A DNA stretch of 64,000 bases from Takakia lepidozioides (Eukaryota; Plantae; Bryophyta), in contig CM060733.1 in the NCBI GenBank assembly GCA_030704615.1, positions 30,256,001 through 30,320,000 of the forward strand, read 5' to 3'. Position 1 is the stretch's first letter, and each line of letters opens with the position of its first letter. Under the pieces are notes generated by a model, which was given only the letters and a program-made list of their open reading frames with translations, ran no database searches and was not told the DNA's origin. A program made the position numbers and the translations under genes. Positions 51,254 to 64,000 of the stretch are shown here, piece by piece.

Positions 51254-51390
51254 TGATTTTGGGGGCGTCGTGGTTTGGGCGATTGTGTGGCTGGAATGCA
51301 CACTGGAGAGGGGTCACGAATGTCGGGCAGAATTTCCTTTATATACTCTGGAAGAGAATTTACATTTACAGAGACTTCATTAAAATTCTA

Positions 51391-53068
51391 TTAATCTTGA
51401 AAATCATCCGAATCCTCATCCTGTTCTAGACTGTCCTGCTCCTCCTCCACCCCCTCAGTGCCTCTCTCATCTCCAGCGGACTGCTCATTGGCCAGGCTTT
51501 CGAAAATCCCATCTTCCCCTTGCGGAACTGTCCATCTCACCTCCGTTGGGTCGTCTTCCTCCCTGTCTGCGTCGCTCTCATCCGCTGAATCACATATGTA
51601 CTTTCGTACCCGTCTACCTGTCTGAGCTGCTGCCAACTCTTTCCTTATCCTTCTGTCCTCCCTAGCCCTCTCCAAAATCTGCTCTACTTTACTGGGATTC
51701 TCACTTCTTCTAATCGCTGTATTTGCGAGTTTAGCTGCATAACTAGGAAGGGAGTAGTCCCTCACCGGGCTCGTCATGAAATCGGCCCTCGCAAAGAACG
51801 GGACATTCTTCCTGGCAGGAAGTGTAGGCCCTACATGTTTCGACCCGGACCCTGCAATCCTGCACATGACAATCATCAACGAGACTAATGAGAACCACAG
51901 TCGGGAAATTCGTTTGACATAAATGACCCAGAAGGCTTTGCAAACTTACAATGTTTGCACTCACTCGTATTCCGGGTTCTCCTCCGCATCAATGTCCACT
52001 GTGTCTTCCTCGGACTCCGACGAATCCGAGGAGACTTCCGCTCTGTCGGGAGCCTTCACATTCCGTTGCAGCCCCTCCAGATGGGATCCCCACACGGATG
52101 AATCCTCCTCGTAGGCAAAGAGGTGCCGGTCGGAAAACCGCCCAGCCCACATTGAGGCACCTGTTACAATGCCATCCACACATTACCACATGGCGCTTCA
52201 GATGTTGCGAACTACATCCTAACGAGAATTTGCAGAACAGCAGAGATCAAGATTCTGCATACCTGTCCCACAGATGAGGTCGAGCACTGTGCCCTCCACG
52301 TCTGTGCATGTCTCCATAATTGTCTGAATGAAGGCAGGGCTCCGAGTCCGTGAGTACCGCAGGGGTTCCGTTGAAGTGAGGCTATGAGGGAGAAGTTCCT
52401 TGGGAACGTTGTTGAACAGAACGTCGTAATCGAGTGGGTCGCAGTTCGGGTCAACCTTTCCTCCCTCCTTCCGGAAAGCAAAGGTGGAGTTCTCCTTCAC
52501 AAAGCAGTATGCATCGAACTGCTTCGTCTGCATACACAGGGGGAAAACGATTAGAAACCGAATGCGGCACCGCATTTGAAAACACCCAAGCAAATGAATG
52601 GACGAGTGCCAGTGTCGTAATCACCTTCTTCCCTTCCGACCGAAGGCCCAGTGTGTTGATGCACGTCCACTTCTTTTTCAGAATCGGGACGGCGCTCTTG
52701 CGGGTCCACTTCGCAATTCCTGTCTGAGTGTTTTTTCCTCTGCTCGCCAGGACAACCACACAGCCTCTGTCGTCCAACACCATGCGGGCGAGCCCGAATC
52801 CTTTCTTCCAAAAGTCCTCCGAGTACCTGTTCCAAGATGGCAAAGCTTGCAGTCCTTCCACAGGCTCTCCGTCCGGAATATCCAAGATGATCATATCGCA
52901 AGACCACTCGGTGGCATTTCCGCCCCTCCTACAATCCTTGTCTGCACACACCCTCTCAAAGAACGAGACCATATTCTGAAATCCTGGGGTGTCGGAAGGC
53001 TCTTTGGCAGTCGCCTTCTTCAGTGCTCTGCCCTTTAGACCCTCCATGGTCTTCAGGTATGCCAACTT
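51391..53068 (-). pseudogene. MULE-2 ParB-MTase gene, 3' part (methyltransferase-like exons)
   Basis: CDMIILDIPDG; RTRSPAFIQTIMETCT...TVLDLICGTG|ASMWAGRFSDRHLFAYEED. Introns at about 52624-52529, 52262-52162 and 51965-51860. Confidence 0.82.
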
Positions 53069-53792
53069 TGTCGCGGCCCTTTGCCTTGAGGGCAGGGGGT
53101 CGGGACACATGAGGGGCTGCCCCTGTGGTGGGGGCAGCGGCAGCGATAGGTATGGGGGGCTGAAGCACCCTTGAGTGCCCAAGGCACTCAAGGAGGCGGA
53201 GGCGCTCACTAGGTGGAGCCCCGCACACCGGGTTGCGGTGGAGGTGGCTCCACAAGGGGTGGTGGTAGCTTAGTGGGACTTAGTGGGGGTGGCATAGGAC
53301 TCACCATGGGGTGGAGACCTCGAGGTGGGAGTCGTGGGGAGTCTTGGGACTCATCACGGTCCATTGGGGCCGCGGTGAGTGGGCCAAGACTCACCGCGAC
53401 TCACCACCGGGAGTCGAGGGTTTTCGTGGTGGTTCGCCATAAAATGGCATGGCTGGTTATGAAACCCCCGCGGACAGCTACAGAAGTATATATAGGGAGT
53501 AGTAACCCCGAGAACGGTGCAAGCCCGTTGGTGACCAAAAACTAGTGAGTAAGCGAGCGAGCCGGAAAGCGACCAAAGAGTGGGGAGCTGTTCCGGACTG
53601 CCATCTACCAAAGGGAATTCTCCTAGTCCCAAATAGGTGGAGGGTTTAGAGGGAAGCGGAAGGGGACCGTTATGTCCCGGTGAGCAGCCGAAACTCCAAG
53701 TTGGCCCGGCGGCCAGGTTGGGAGTCAGGCGCGCGCATCGAAGCGAGTAACTATGACTTGAAGGGGAGTTTACCGAACTGAGGTGTGCGACA
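53069..53792 (+). repeat. 5' LTR
   Basis: TGTCGC...GCGACA. Confidence 0.95.
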
Positions 53793-53794
53793 CT

Positions 53795-53806
53795 TGGTAT
53801 CAGAGC
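53795..53806 (+). promoter_or_regulatory. PBS complementary to initiator tRNA-Met
   Basis: TGGTATCAGAGC. Confidence 0.9.
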
Positions 53807-53847
53807 TTAGAGTTCAGTACGCGATCGTCCTTGGGATTGGCCTCATC

Positions 53848-56800
53848 ATGGGGTCGGGCAAGCCGAAGCGAAAGCGGAACGGCCCAAAAGATGATGATCC
53901 CGGTGAGCCCGATGGGGGCGACGTGTCACCGAGGCGGCCGTTTGAGGAAGCGATTAATGTTTCCGAAAACGAGGCCGCTCAGGAGCGGGAGGAATCCGAG
54001 GAGTCGGAGCCCGAGGAATCTTTGAGAGCTCCGACAAACCAAGAGATGCCTCCCATGCCGGCAGCCTTTTGGGAAGGGTTGTTGGCGCAGTTTGGTGGGA
54101 CGTTGAAAGACGTGTTGAAGGCGGCTAATGCCACTTCCACCAAGGCAAAGTTTAAGGTGAAGCCTAAGGAACCCGGCACCTTCGAGGGCGTTCGAAACCG
54201 GAAGGCACTCAACACCTGGCTCCTGGAGCTAGAGCAGTACTTCCGGGCGGCCAAGTTGAGTGACGAGGATCGGGTGGAAGTGGCTCCCACCTATTTGAGG
54301 GGCTATGCTCAACAATGGTGGCAGAAACGCCTTCACGACCGAGGCCCAAGCCCGGAAACCTTGAACTGGAGTGAGTTCAAGGAATTGATGAAGAGACAGT
54401 TTGTGCCCCTCAACGCATCCTGGCTTGCCCGGGACAAGATGAGGAATTTGAAGCAAACAGATGACATTCGGGGGTATGTCCAGGCTTTCAATGTGCTGTT
54501 GCTCGAAGTCGCGGACATGGCAGAACCAGAAATGGTCTTCAACTTTGTGGCGGGACTGGCCCCATGGGCTAGGCGGAAGTTGGAGGAGAAGCCACCCAAG
54601 ACTTTGAACGAGGCAATTGAGAGAGCTGAATGTTTCTCGGATGTCCCTAGGGGTGAGAGACAAGGCCGTACGGAGCTGAACCACAAGAAGACCCGGCGGG
54701 AAGGTGACTCCTCCCGACCGGAAAAGAAGTGGGATAGGCCACGCGGCGAAAATGGCACGTGGAAATCGAAGGGAGGTCCTTCACACGTCAAGGCGGCACC
54801 CGGTGCTTCGAAAGGAAAAGCGGGTGGAGCGACTTATGGCGGACAGAAGGCGACCTTTGATGGAGTGTGTTTCAATTGCGGGGAGCCCGGGCACATGGCC
54901 AAGAAGTGCACGAAGCCCCGGCAATTGAACATGACTCGGGCGACCACAGAGCTGTCGGAAGATACCATCAGTCGCTTGGTGGAAGCGGTGGTCGCCAGGA
55001 CTTGCAAGGTAGGCAAATTTTCTTGTGAGTTGTATCAGGAAACTGGCGCCTTACGAAAAGGGAGTCAGTTATTGTTCGTGGATGGGATAATATCCGGAAC
55101 TAATGTGTCGTTGTTGGTGGACACAGGAGCGTCGCACTCCTTCATGACGCCGGCGGCGGCGCGAAAGTTGGGACTCCCGACAAGTGACGTGGGGGCCTCT
55201 ATTGAGGTGCGCTCTGCCAAAGGAGAACCTCAGTTGGCGACAAGGTTGGCGTTTGATGTTCCTCTTCAACTGGGGAGTTGGGAGGGACGTGAGAACTTCA
55301 CTATCTGCGAGATCGATGGAGTGGATCTCATTTTGGGAATGACCTTTTTGAGCAAATCCGGAGCGGTCATAGATGGCCGCAAGAGAGTAGTCACGCTGCC
55401 ATGTGGGAATGGTGGCGAGGTTTTACGAGTGTCGGAAACGCCCAAATCCGTGGGAGGGCGAATAAACCTTCTATCAGCAAAGGAGTGGGCCGTGGAGGAG
55501 ACACACGAGTCCCAGTTTTTGCTTTACATTAGAGAAGTGAAAGGAGAAGGCGATGGGGAGCCGAGCCCAGATTGGATCAAGGGGATTTTGGAGAAATACC
55601 AGGATGTGATGCCGGAGGATTTACCAAGCGGCTTGCCACCGCAAAGAGGAGTTGACCACAAAATTGAGGTGATACCGGGATCGGAACTGCCTGCCAAGGC
55701 GCCCTACCGGTTGAGCCACAAAGAGTTGGTCGAGCTGAAGACTCAGCTCAAAGATCTAATGTCAAAGGGGTACATCCGGCCGAGTAAGTCACCTTACGGA
55801 GCCCCGGTGCTATTTGCAGACAAGAAGGATGGGACGCTGCGGATGTGTGTCGATTACAGGGCTCTGAATAAGGTGACTATCAAAAACCGGTACCCTTTGC
55901 CAAGGATCGACGACCTCTTCGATCGGTTGGCAGGAGCGAAGTATTTCAGCCGGATCGACTTGCGCTCCGGCTATCACCAAATTCGGGTGGCGGAAGGAGA
56001 TGAGGAGAAGACCGCGTGCAAGACAAGGTATGGTTCATATGAGTTCTTGGTGATGCCTTTTGGGCTCACCAATGCACCAGCGACATTTAGCACGCTGATG
56101 AACAGCCTTTTCCAGGAGTGGTTGGATGACTTTGTGATCGTGTACATCGACGACATCTTGGTGTACTCGAAAACAAAGGAGGAGCACCTGGAGCACCTCA
56201 AAAGGGTGTTCCAAAAATTGCGAGAAGGGAAGCTGTATGCCAAAGCTTCAAAGTGCGAATTCGGGGTCACAAAAGTGGAGTTCTTGGGGCACGTGATTAC
56301 ACAGGATGGGATCAAAATGGATGACAGAAAGGTGAGGGCGATCTTGGACTGGGAGCCTCCGACTTCGGTCTCGGGAGTGCGATCCTTCCTAGGACTCGCC
56401 TCCTATTACCGGAAGTATGTGAGAAATTTCGCCAAGATCGCGGGGCCGCTGTCGGACCTTCTGTGTAAATCCAAAGTCTGGGTATGGAACACATTTTGTG
56501 GCCAAGCTTTTGCTGAATTGAAGCAGCGGATGACGGAAGCTCCAGTCTTAAAAATCCCGGAGTTCGATCGTCCGTTTGAGATTCATACAGATGCATCGGA
56601 CTTCGCAATTGGGGGTGTACTTATGCAAGATGGACGTCCAGTGGCTTACGAAAGTAAGAAACTGAATGAAGTGGAGCGACGGTGGCCGACGCACGAAAAA
56701 GAGATGAAGGCGGTGGTACATTGCCTTGAACTCTGGCGCCACTATGTTGGTTCCAACCCAGTGAAGGTGTTCACGGACAATGTCACGGTGAAGTATTTTG

Positions 56801-58410
56801 CCACGCAGCCCAAGTTGTCCCCAAAACAACTTAGGTGGCAAGATACTTTGGCAGTGTTCGACGTGGATATCCAGTACAAACCGGGACGGGACAATGTGGT
56901 GGCCGATGCTTTAAGTAGAAAGCAGCAGCTCTTGTTGGTGTACAAGGGCGAGACGGCGCTCCAAAGGAAGATCCGGAAGGCTTGCCGGAAGGATGAGCTG
57001 GCAAAGTGCGTGATGCAGAACTTGAGAATGGGGGTTAAATCGCAGTTCCACTTGCAAAACGGACTGCTCCGGTATAAGCAAAAACGTCTCTATGTGCCAA
57101 AGGGAGGGATCAGGGATAGTCTCTTGAGAGAATGCCATGATAGCCCGCTTGCGGGCCACGGTGGAGCCAAGCGCACTGCGGCACTCTTGAAGAAAGAGTA
57201 TTTCTGGCCCAAACTGAGGGAGGAGGCAGAGGAGTATGTAAAGACATGCACCACATGCCAACAAAACCGGAGCGAGTATAAAAAGCAAGCGGGGCTGTTA
57301 CAACCCTTGCCGATTCCAGAGGGGACTTGGGAAAGCGTCTCGATGGATTTCATGACTGCTATGCCGCTGTCAAAAGGATTCGATGCAATCATGGTGGTGG
57401 TAGATAGGTTCAGTAAAATGGCCCATTTCATCCCCACCAAGGAGACGGCAACTGCGCAGGAGACAGGGCGACTTTACTTCGCCCACGTCTTAAAGCATCA
57501 TGGAGTCCCGAAGGATATTGTCTCGGACCGCGACCCAAAGTTTACGAGTAAATTCTGGAGAGCACTTTGGAAGAAGATGGGGACGAGGCTGAAGATGAGC
57601 ACCGCCTTCCGACCTACGACGGACGGCCAAACGGAAAGAGTGAATTCCGTAGTGAAGCAATTCTTGCGGAATTACGTGTCGGCAGACCAATCAGACTGGA
57701 TGGAACACTTAGACGCGGCAGAGTTCTGTTATAATAACACAGAACACTCCGCGACGGGAGTTTCCCCTTTTGTGTTGGTCTATGGAAAAGCACCTCTGGT
57801 GCCGACAAGTTGGGCCGCCCAGGACGTTGAGGAACCGGCAGTAGCGGCGGTACTGGAAGAACGCGAGCGTTTGTTGAAGCTCGCAAAGTACAACATTGCC
57901 AAAGCTAGGAAACGGTATGAAAGGCAGGCGAATCGGAAGCGGAGGGAAGTGAAGTTTGAGGCAGGCACAGAGGTCTGGTTGAACATCAAGAATTTTTGAC
58001 TACCTCCGGAAATGAGTCCGAAGTTCGTACCTCCGTATGCGGGTCCCTTTCGCATTCGGAGGGTTATGAATGAGGATGTGTATGAATTGGAGCTGCCAGC
58101 AAACAGCAAGGTGCACCCAGTATTCCATGTCTCCCTTTTGAAGCCTTACTTCAAAGATGAAGCACGTCCGAATCGGCAGCAAGTGTTGCGTCCGCCACCT
58201 ATGCTGTTGGATCATGAAAATGAACCCGAGTACGAGGTGGAGGCAATACTTAAGTCGAGGAGGTTCAAGAACCGAGAAACGGAGTATCTCGTCAAATGGA
58301 AGGGCTATCATCTTGTGGAGGCATCTTGGGTGCGTGCCTCAGAAATGGGAAACGCATCCGAGGCAGTTGCAGCGTTCGAAGGGCGACCTCAAATGCGGAA
58401 GAAGCGTTGA
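53848..58410 (+). CDS. Gag-Pol (gag, CCHC, PR, RT, RH, IN, GPF, chromodomain) with one premature stop at 57997-57999
   Basis: [52 protein letters not shown]...YLVKWKGY. Confidence 0.95.
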
Positions 58411-59316
58411 TGGGGACATCAACCTTGGAGCGTGGGGGAGGAAATGCATGCTTAGCCCGGTTTAGCTAGCTCAGGAATCTGATTGCAAAAACTTGTATTG
58501 TACAAAAATTTGTGATAAAGGAAATGGGTTCCAAATATTGTGCGTCCTATTGTGTTTGGAATGGTGATGCATGGTGTGGTTGGCTGGTGTGTAGAATGCA
58601 TGCTAGCTTACAAAAGTGGGAGAGGTAAATTGGGTTAATCGTGTGTTTGCGCAGTGCCGAAATCGGGTGACTCCCATCCAAGGGGCAAGGAAACTTGCGC
58701 CTTATTTGGGAGTTCAAGTGCTAGTGCGCACCTGGCGCGTGCGCGTACTATAACTGCGCTACCGAGGGGGTTGCCTTGTAGTGCGGGCTAACGCGGAAGC
58801 TACGTGCTTCCGTTCACGTACTATAATCGTGTAGCCTCGGGACGAAGTCGTAGTGCGGCTTCGGCGTGTTCCCGTACCTCAGGCCAGCATTCCAAGGCGG
58901 ACCCAATTGTAGTGATTGGGGCGCACGGTTGGTTCAAGGTTATCTTCCTAGTCAAAGAGGGTTCCAGGTGAACCCTTGCTCAAGGTGATGCCAAAAGCGG
59001 CATCATGAGCGATCGCAAGCAATGTTGTTGCAGTAAGGCGATTCGATCCTCGGGGAGGATCGTTCCTTGGCCTTGAAGTAGGCCAAGAAGAGTGCACTGG
59101 GAGGAGCTGGAGAGGCTCCACCCTTGGCCGGGACTTGGAGGAAGTCGGCCGAACTAGCTAGTGGAGAGTGGAGTCAAGTGTGGGGTTTGGTTCTTTGCCA
59201 TGGGACGCCATGGTATGGAAACAAACTCCTTGATGTGGGACGCCACAACTTGGATGTTCGTTTCTACAAAATGGACAAGTCGATGAGGACATCGACTCCC
59301 TGTTGGTAGGGGTGTG

Positions 59317-60039
59317 TGTCGCGGCCCTTTGCCTTGAGGGCAGGGGGTCGGGACACATGAGGGGCTGCCCCTGTGGTGGGGGCAGCGGCAGCGATAGGTA
59401 TGGGGGCTGAAGCACCCTTGAGTGCCCAAGGCACTCAAGGATGCGGAGGCGCTCACTAGGTGGAGCCCCGCACACCGGGTTGCGGTGGAGGTGGCTCCAC
59501 AAGGGGTGGTGGTAGCTTAGTGGGACTTAGTGGGGGTGGCATAGGACTCACCATGGGGTGGAGACCTCGAGGTGGGAGTCGTGGGGAGTCTTGGGACTCA
59601 TCACGGTCCATTGGGGCCGCGGTGAGTGGGCCAAGACTCACCGCGACTCACCACCGGGAGTCGAGGGTTTTCGTGGTGGTTCGCCATAAAATGGCATGGC
59701 TGGTTATGAAACCCCCGCGGACAGCTACAGAAGTATATATAGGGAGTAGTAACCCCGAGAACGGTGCAAGCCCGTTGGTGACCAAAAACTAGTGAGTAAG
59801 CGAGCGAGCCGGAAAGCGACCAAAGAGTGGGGAGCTGTTCCGGACTGCCATCTACCAAAGGGAATTCTCCTAGTCCCAAATAGGTGGAGGGTTTAGAGGG
59901 AAGCGGAAGGGGACCGTTATGTCCCGGTGAGCAGCCGAAACTCCAAGTTGGCCCGGCGGCCAGGTTGGGAGTCAGGCGCGCGCATCGAAGCGAGTAACTA
60001 TGACTTGAAGGGGAGTTTACCGAACTGAGGTGTGCGACA
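59317..60039 (+). repeat. 3' LTR
   Basis: Near-identical to the 5' LTR; preceded by a G-rich PPT. Confidence 0.95.
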
Positions 60040-63000
60040 AACTTGGCTGCCCGTCCATCCAAAGCCGCCAAGAAACTCTCATTTACACACTGGACTACAG
60101 TTTCGGGAGCCACTTTCGGCCTCTTCATTTCCACCGGCTCGAAAGGGTGCCCCCCTGGGGGTTGAAGAGTGCCTTCTTTGCCGAGCCAGTTCTCGTGCCT
60201 CTCGTGACAACGGTGGGCACAGGGGAGGCAACCTGCGTTTGGGGGGTGGGCTGGTTGCAAAGTCTCCATCGGAGTCCTCTTCCTCACCCTCTTCCTGAAC
60301 AGGCTGTTTCTGCTTCTTCGTTTTGGCGGGTGTCACAACAGCTGCTCCTTGCTGGCGAGTCCTCTTCTTCGACCCCTTCTGTTGGGCCTGCACAGCTGCA
60401 TCCACCGTCTTTTGTGCCATCTCAGCTGCCTTTCTGGATTCTTCCAGAGCAGCAGATTCCTTTGCCGACTTTGGCCCAGCAGGGACACGTCTTTCCTTTC
60501 TCTTCTCTTCTGCCAAGGCGTGCAGATCTTTCTCAGACTCGTCAACAATACCGCCAGACATGTCCAGGTACCACGGGCATCCAACGAGATGCGCGGGATG
60601 CCATTGTTTCTGCATCTCGGGTGTGTAGACACAGCTTGGGCCCGCCACGGTCCAAGCCATGAAGAAGGGGGGCTCTTGAGCCAGGGCCCCTGTCTGAAGG
60701 AGCACGTATTTCATATACCTGCAAGGCAGTCAGCATGCGTGAGCAAAACTTGAGACCAACCTACTGGCAGAGTGCCACCGAAAACATGAAATGCGAATGC
60801 GGTGCCGCATTTCCGAGACAAACCTCGTAACCAGGCTTCGCATACAAGGGCAGCTGTGCTTCACCTGTAAACAATTCGCATTGCAGCTTTCCCCGCTCCC
60901 TCCTGATGTGTAAACTCCACGCTCCTTCTTGCTGTCTGTAGCTCTCTGGCGAAAAGGTTGTCCTTGTACGCACATCTGAAACGTGTCACGTAGTCTTCCA
61001 ATGTCTGTGTTCCATCCCATTTGACGTACAAGCCGAACGAATTTGTGTGCATTACGACTTGCTCCTTCGCATTCGACATTACCTGCGATTCCCAAATGCA
61101 TTGTCACGTAGCAGTTCAGGGAATTCATTTCAGAAAAGCAAATCTGGGGAAGTACCTTGAATTACCTGGAACCACCAAGTCATGCGGTTGAGCCACACAT
61201 CCACTGCAGGGTCGGAAACTTCGAGTGGAAAAGACCACATTGTCCTTATGCTCTCGGATGCATTCCAGATCGACAGCCACCGTGTCTGCCATTTCCGATC
61301 CAATGTCAGGAGCTGGAAGAGAGTGGCTATTGCTAGGAAGGAACTTCAGTGCATTGAAACCTCACCTTCTCTTTCGCCTCCACACATGCCGTTGAGAGGT
61401 GATGCAGTTTCTCCAATTGCATGGCCCGAGAATAGTGTTTTGCAATCTCGGGGATGAAGTCCTTTCCAAGTGCCGGATCTGCAATTGCCACCAGCTTCAC
61501 AAGCTTTGACTTGTATTTGGTTCTGGACTTGACACCGGCTTCCTTCAAGTGCTCAGTCAATGACTGCAACGTTTTCACCTGCCCCTCACTTTCCATGAAG
61601 AAGCGTTTGGCATGGGCCAAATCCAGCTTGATGTTTGACTGCCAACAAAAACATGCAGAAGCGTTACATTCGATTCATGTGGAAACATTACTGAAAATTG
61701 GGGAAGGATGAGCAGAGGGAAATTGGAGGACGACTTACTTCGTATATCACCTCCACCATTCCATCCATAGTGAGACGATACCATGTCCGGTCTGTTTTTG
61801 CAACGGCTTTCTGAATGAGCTCGGGCTCCAGCATTTCCGCAAACATCTGCGGATCAGTGAGACCAGTTTTCCTCACCCTGTACAGCATGTGTGCCATGTG
61901 GGTATGCACGTATGCATTTTCAGTGACCCTGCAAGGCACACTCTCCAGTTCAGTACACGGAAGCACGGAAAGAAACCAGAATGGAAACCGAAATGCGGCA
62001 CCGCATTTCGAACGTGCTAGGGAGGGTATGAGTATCTTACGAGTTGAGGTCCGCCATGGCATTCTTGAGCAGGGAGGAGTCTGCCGCCTTCACCTTGAGG
62101 ATGACACACTCCACCATGTAATGCCAGCCAATGTGCTTGGCATGGTTCTGCTTGATGTACTCCCACCAGGCGAGAAGTCGGTGATTCCCGTCCCACACAA
62201 AGAACATTTTACCCGACATATGGCCGAAGTCGGGATCACCCTTCAGCGTCGCCTCGAATTCGTGGTTGCGAGTGTGCCAGTGGGTATCCCATGTTGACAA
62301 TTCATCGGCAGTGGGTCCACGAGTTTCGCCGTCCTCATTCTCAATGGAAACGTAAAACGCTGCCGATCCCAGACGGTACCCTTCTCGAAATGCGAACTTG
62401 AGCTTATCCACATCTCCGGGAAGGGCCTGCCTGACGATGGGAAGGGAGACCATGCGACAGAGTGGGATTCGAAGAGTCCGCTGGAATACCCTGCTGCCCA
62501 GAACTCTGCCAATGCTACTGTGTGTCTCTTCCAACATTTTATCCGCTGCACTTTTGAAATCCTCCGGAGACATGTCTGTAGGTGCCGGTAGTGGCTGAGC
62601 AGCTGGAGCATCCTCAACTGGAGCTGCACTCTGGGGCCTGTCTGTGGGCAATTCTGCCATTGCAGAGGCCTCCTCCGGGCCTGCTTGCTCATCGGTGGTG
62701 AGGTCTTGCTGCGAAAGTTGAGCGGCAGCACCCTCCTCCGGTACCAAATCGAGATCAACGGTCGATCCCATTGCCTTCGCTGCAGCAGAGTCGGCCCCCA
62801 ACATCTGCAGGCGGGAAATCCTCCAGGAACTGAGCTTCAGCTCGTGGAAGCGGTTTTGCGGGAGATTGTTCGCCCGTCGCCCTGATTGCCTTCTGCTTCC
62901 TCATCCTTGCAGGTGAAGGTGTCTGCTGCAATTGAATCTGTCTTCTACCCTGCTGCTTCATTCGCGTTGGGGGGGGTGAATCGGCCTGAGCCGGTTCAGA

Positions 63001-63540
63001 AGCCAGTAGAGGGACGGGCTGCTTCTTCTTCGACTTTGCTGGAGAAGGGCCCGACCCCTGCTGGCGATTCTCCATGACCGAAGAACGCGAGTCGATCTCG
63101 CAGAGGGCTAGGCCCGGCAGGAATACCCGCGCTCGGGGATCGGGTGGGTGTACGTGCTGCAGCTAGCTCCTCGGACTCTTCCTGCGGCTCTTCGGATTCC
63201 TGCGATCCCTCCAGCACGTCCACCTTTCCTGTTAGGCATGCAAACATGTTCTGCATTCAAGTCTCCTAGCATTCAGTCTAAGAATTACAGAAGCAAAATG
63301 GGGGGTTCGGTGCTCGATCAGCTGCGCGCAGCCCGATCGCATGGAGCTCTCACTGGTGGTTGGGTTGCCTGAGTGGCCTGCTGCTCGGAGATGGCAATCT
63401 CCTCCTGTAGACGCATCTGCTTCCTCCCCTTCGGCATTGGCCTACGTCCGAAGTATAATTTCCGGAGCTTGCGACGAGGTCTCCTCGCTGGTGCACGAAC
63501 TCCCCCCCTCTCAAGTTCGAGCATAAGAAGAACAGAGAGA
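60040..63540 (-). pseudogene. MULE-2 ParB-MTase gene, 5' part (ParB-like exons)
   Basis: RIPLCRMVSLPIVR...AAFYV...MFFVWDGNHRLLAW; exon-by-exon homology and shared intron positions with 3602-7698. The 5' boundary is uncertain. Confidence 0.8.
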
Positions 63541-63867
63541 GGGAAAAGGGCCAAAGAGTGCAAGGGCGCGAGAGGGGTGACTGAGGAGACACGACAAAAG
63601 TAGATGAAACGGCGGTGATGCACCACTTGGGTTCGAAAGGGTTGGACGAAAGTGTCTCCTCGGGGAGTTTGCGTCATTACGAAATTCGAATCGTTGAGGG
63701 TACGCCTGCCGTCCGAAAAACAAACATCATTATCGAACGGTCAGGCCGCGCCGCCTCATGCCCCTTCAGTCAGATGGAGTGCCGACATGTGCAGCAATTT
63801 CGTTGCTCCACGTGTTCACATTTCAAGGTATTTCCGTCCCAGCGTCTGATCAGTTGGAGCGAAAATG

Positions 63868-64000
63868 CAAATGCGGCGCCGCATTTCCGTTAAGTACCAT
63901 CACGAATCTACACATCCGTACTTGTTGGAAGAAAATGCGGCACCGCATTTCCGTTCCACCTTCACATACCTTAGTTGTTGAACGGAAATACGGTGCCGCA
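63868..64000. repeat. Start of a second palindrome cluster upstream of the MULE-2 ParB-MTase gene
   Basis: Cores at 63871, 63935 and 63988. Confidence 0.85.

Larger units (their letters stand above)
53069..60039 (+). mobile_element. Full-length chromovirus Ty3/Gypsy LTR retrotransposon
   Basis: LTRs 53069-53792 and 59317-60039 (2 differences seen); TSD AACTT; PBS TGGTATCAGAGC; gag-pol with chromodomain. Confidence 0.95.
48084..64000 (+). mobile_element. MULE-2: second, divergent member of the ParB-MTase transposon family (right end outside the window)
   Basis: Terminus GCTATTTCATGAGC with CATGAGC repeats; subterminal TTTCCGGAAATG/TCCGCGGG motifs like those at 2996-3050; homologous ParB-MTase gene in the same orientation. 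No transposase is seen inside the window. Confidence 0.7.

Overview
Eukaryotic, plant-type heterochromatin (spliceosomal introns and plant housekeeping-gene fragments; probably a non-seed land plant or streptophyte alga, species not determinable). It consists almost entirely of nested transposons. (1) Two related large Mutator-like DNA transposons (2903-26711 and 48084->64000). Each carries an intron-containing gene for a ParB/Srx-like domain fused to a beta-class N4C/N6A methyltransferase-like domain, plus its own array of palindromes. The palindromes of both elements share a TGCG-N4-CGCA core and are spaced at near-multiples of 10.5 bp, suggesting a ParB/parS-like or VANDAL/VANC-like self-targeting system. 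This is the main candidate for an undescribed system. (2) A reverse-strand Ty3/Gypsy element (11979-23368) inserted in the first transposase. It has a DNMT3-like C5 methyltransferase between PR and RT, a C-terminal PHD finger, a self-priming-type PBS, split direct repeats consistent with integration of a 2-LTR circle, and a leader made of at least six captured host mRNA pieces. (3) Athila/Tat-like non-chromovirus remnants with a long extra ORF. (4) A ~13.5-kb near-identical tandem duplication ending about 10 nt inside a transposon terminus. (5) A young full-length chromovirus (53069-60039) interrupting the second ParB-MTase gene. All calls come from motif recognition by eye; no database searches were run.
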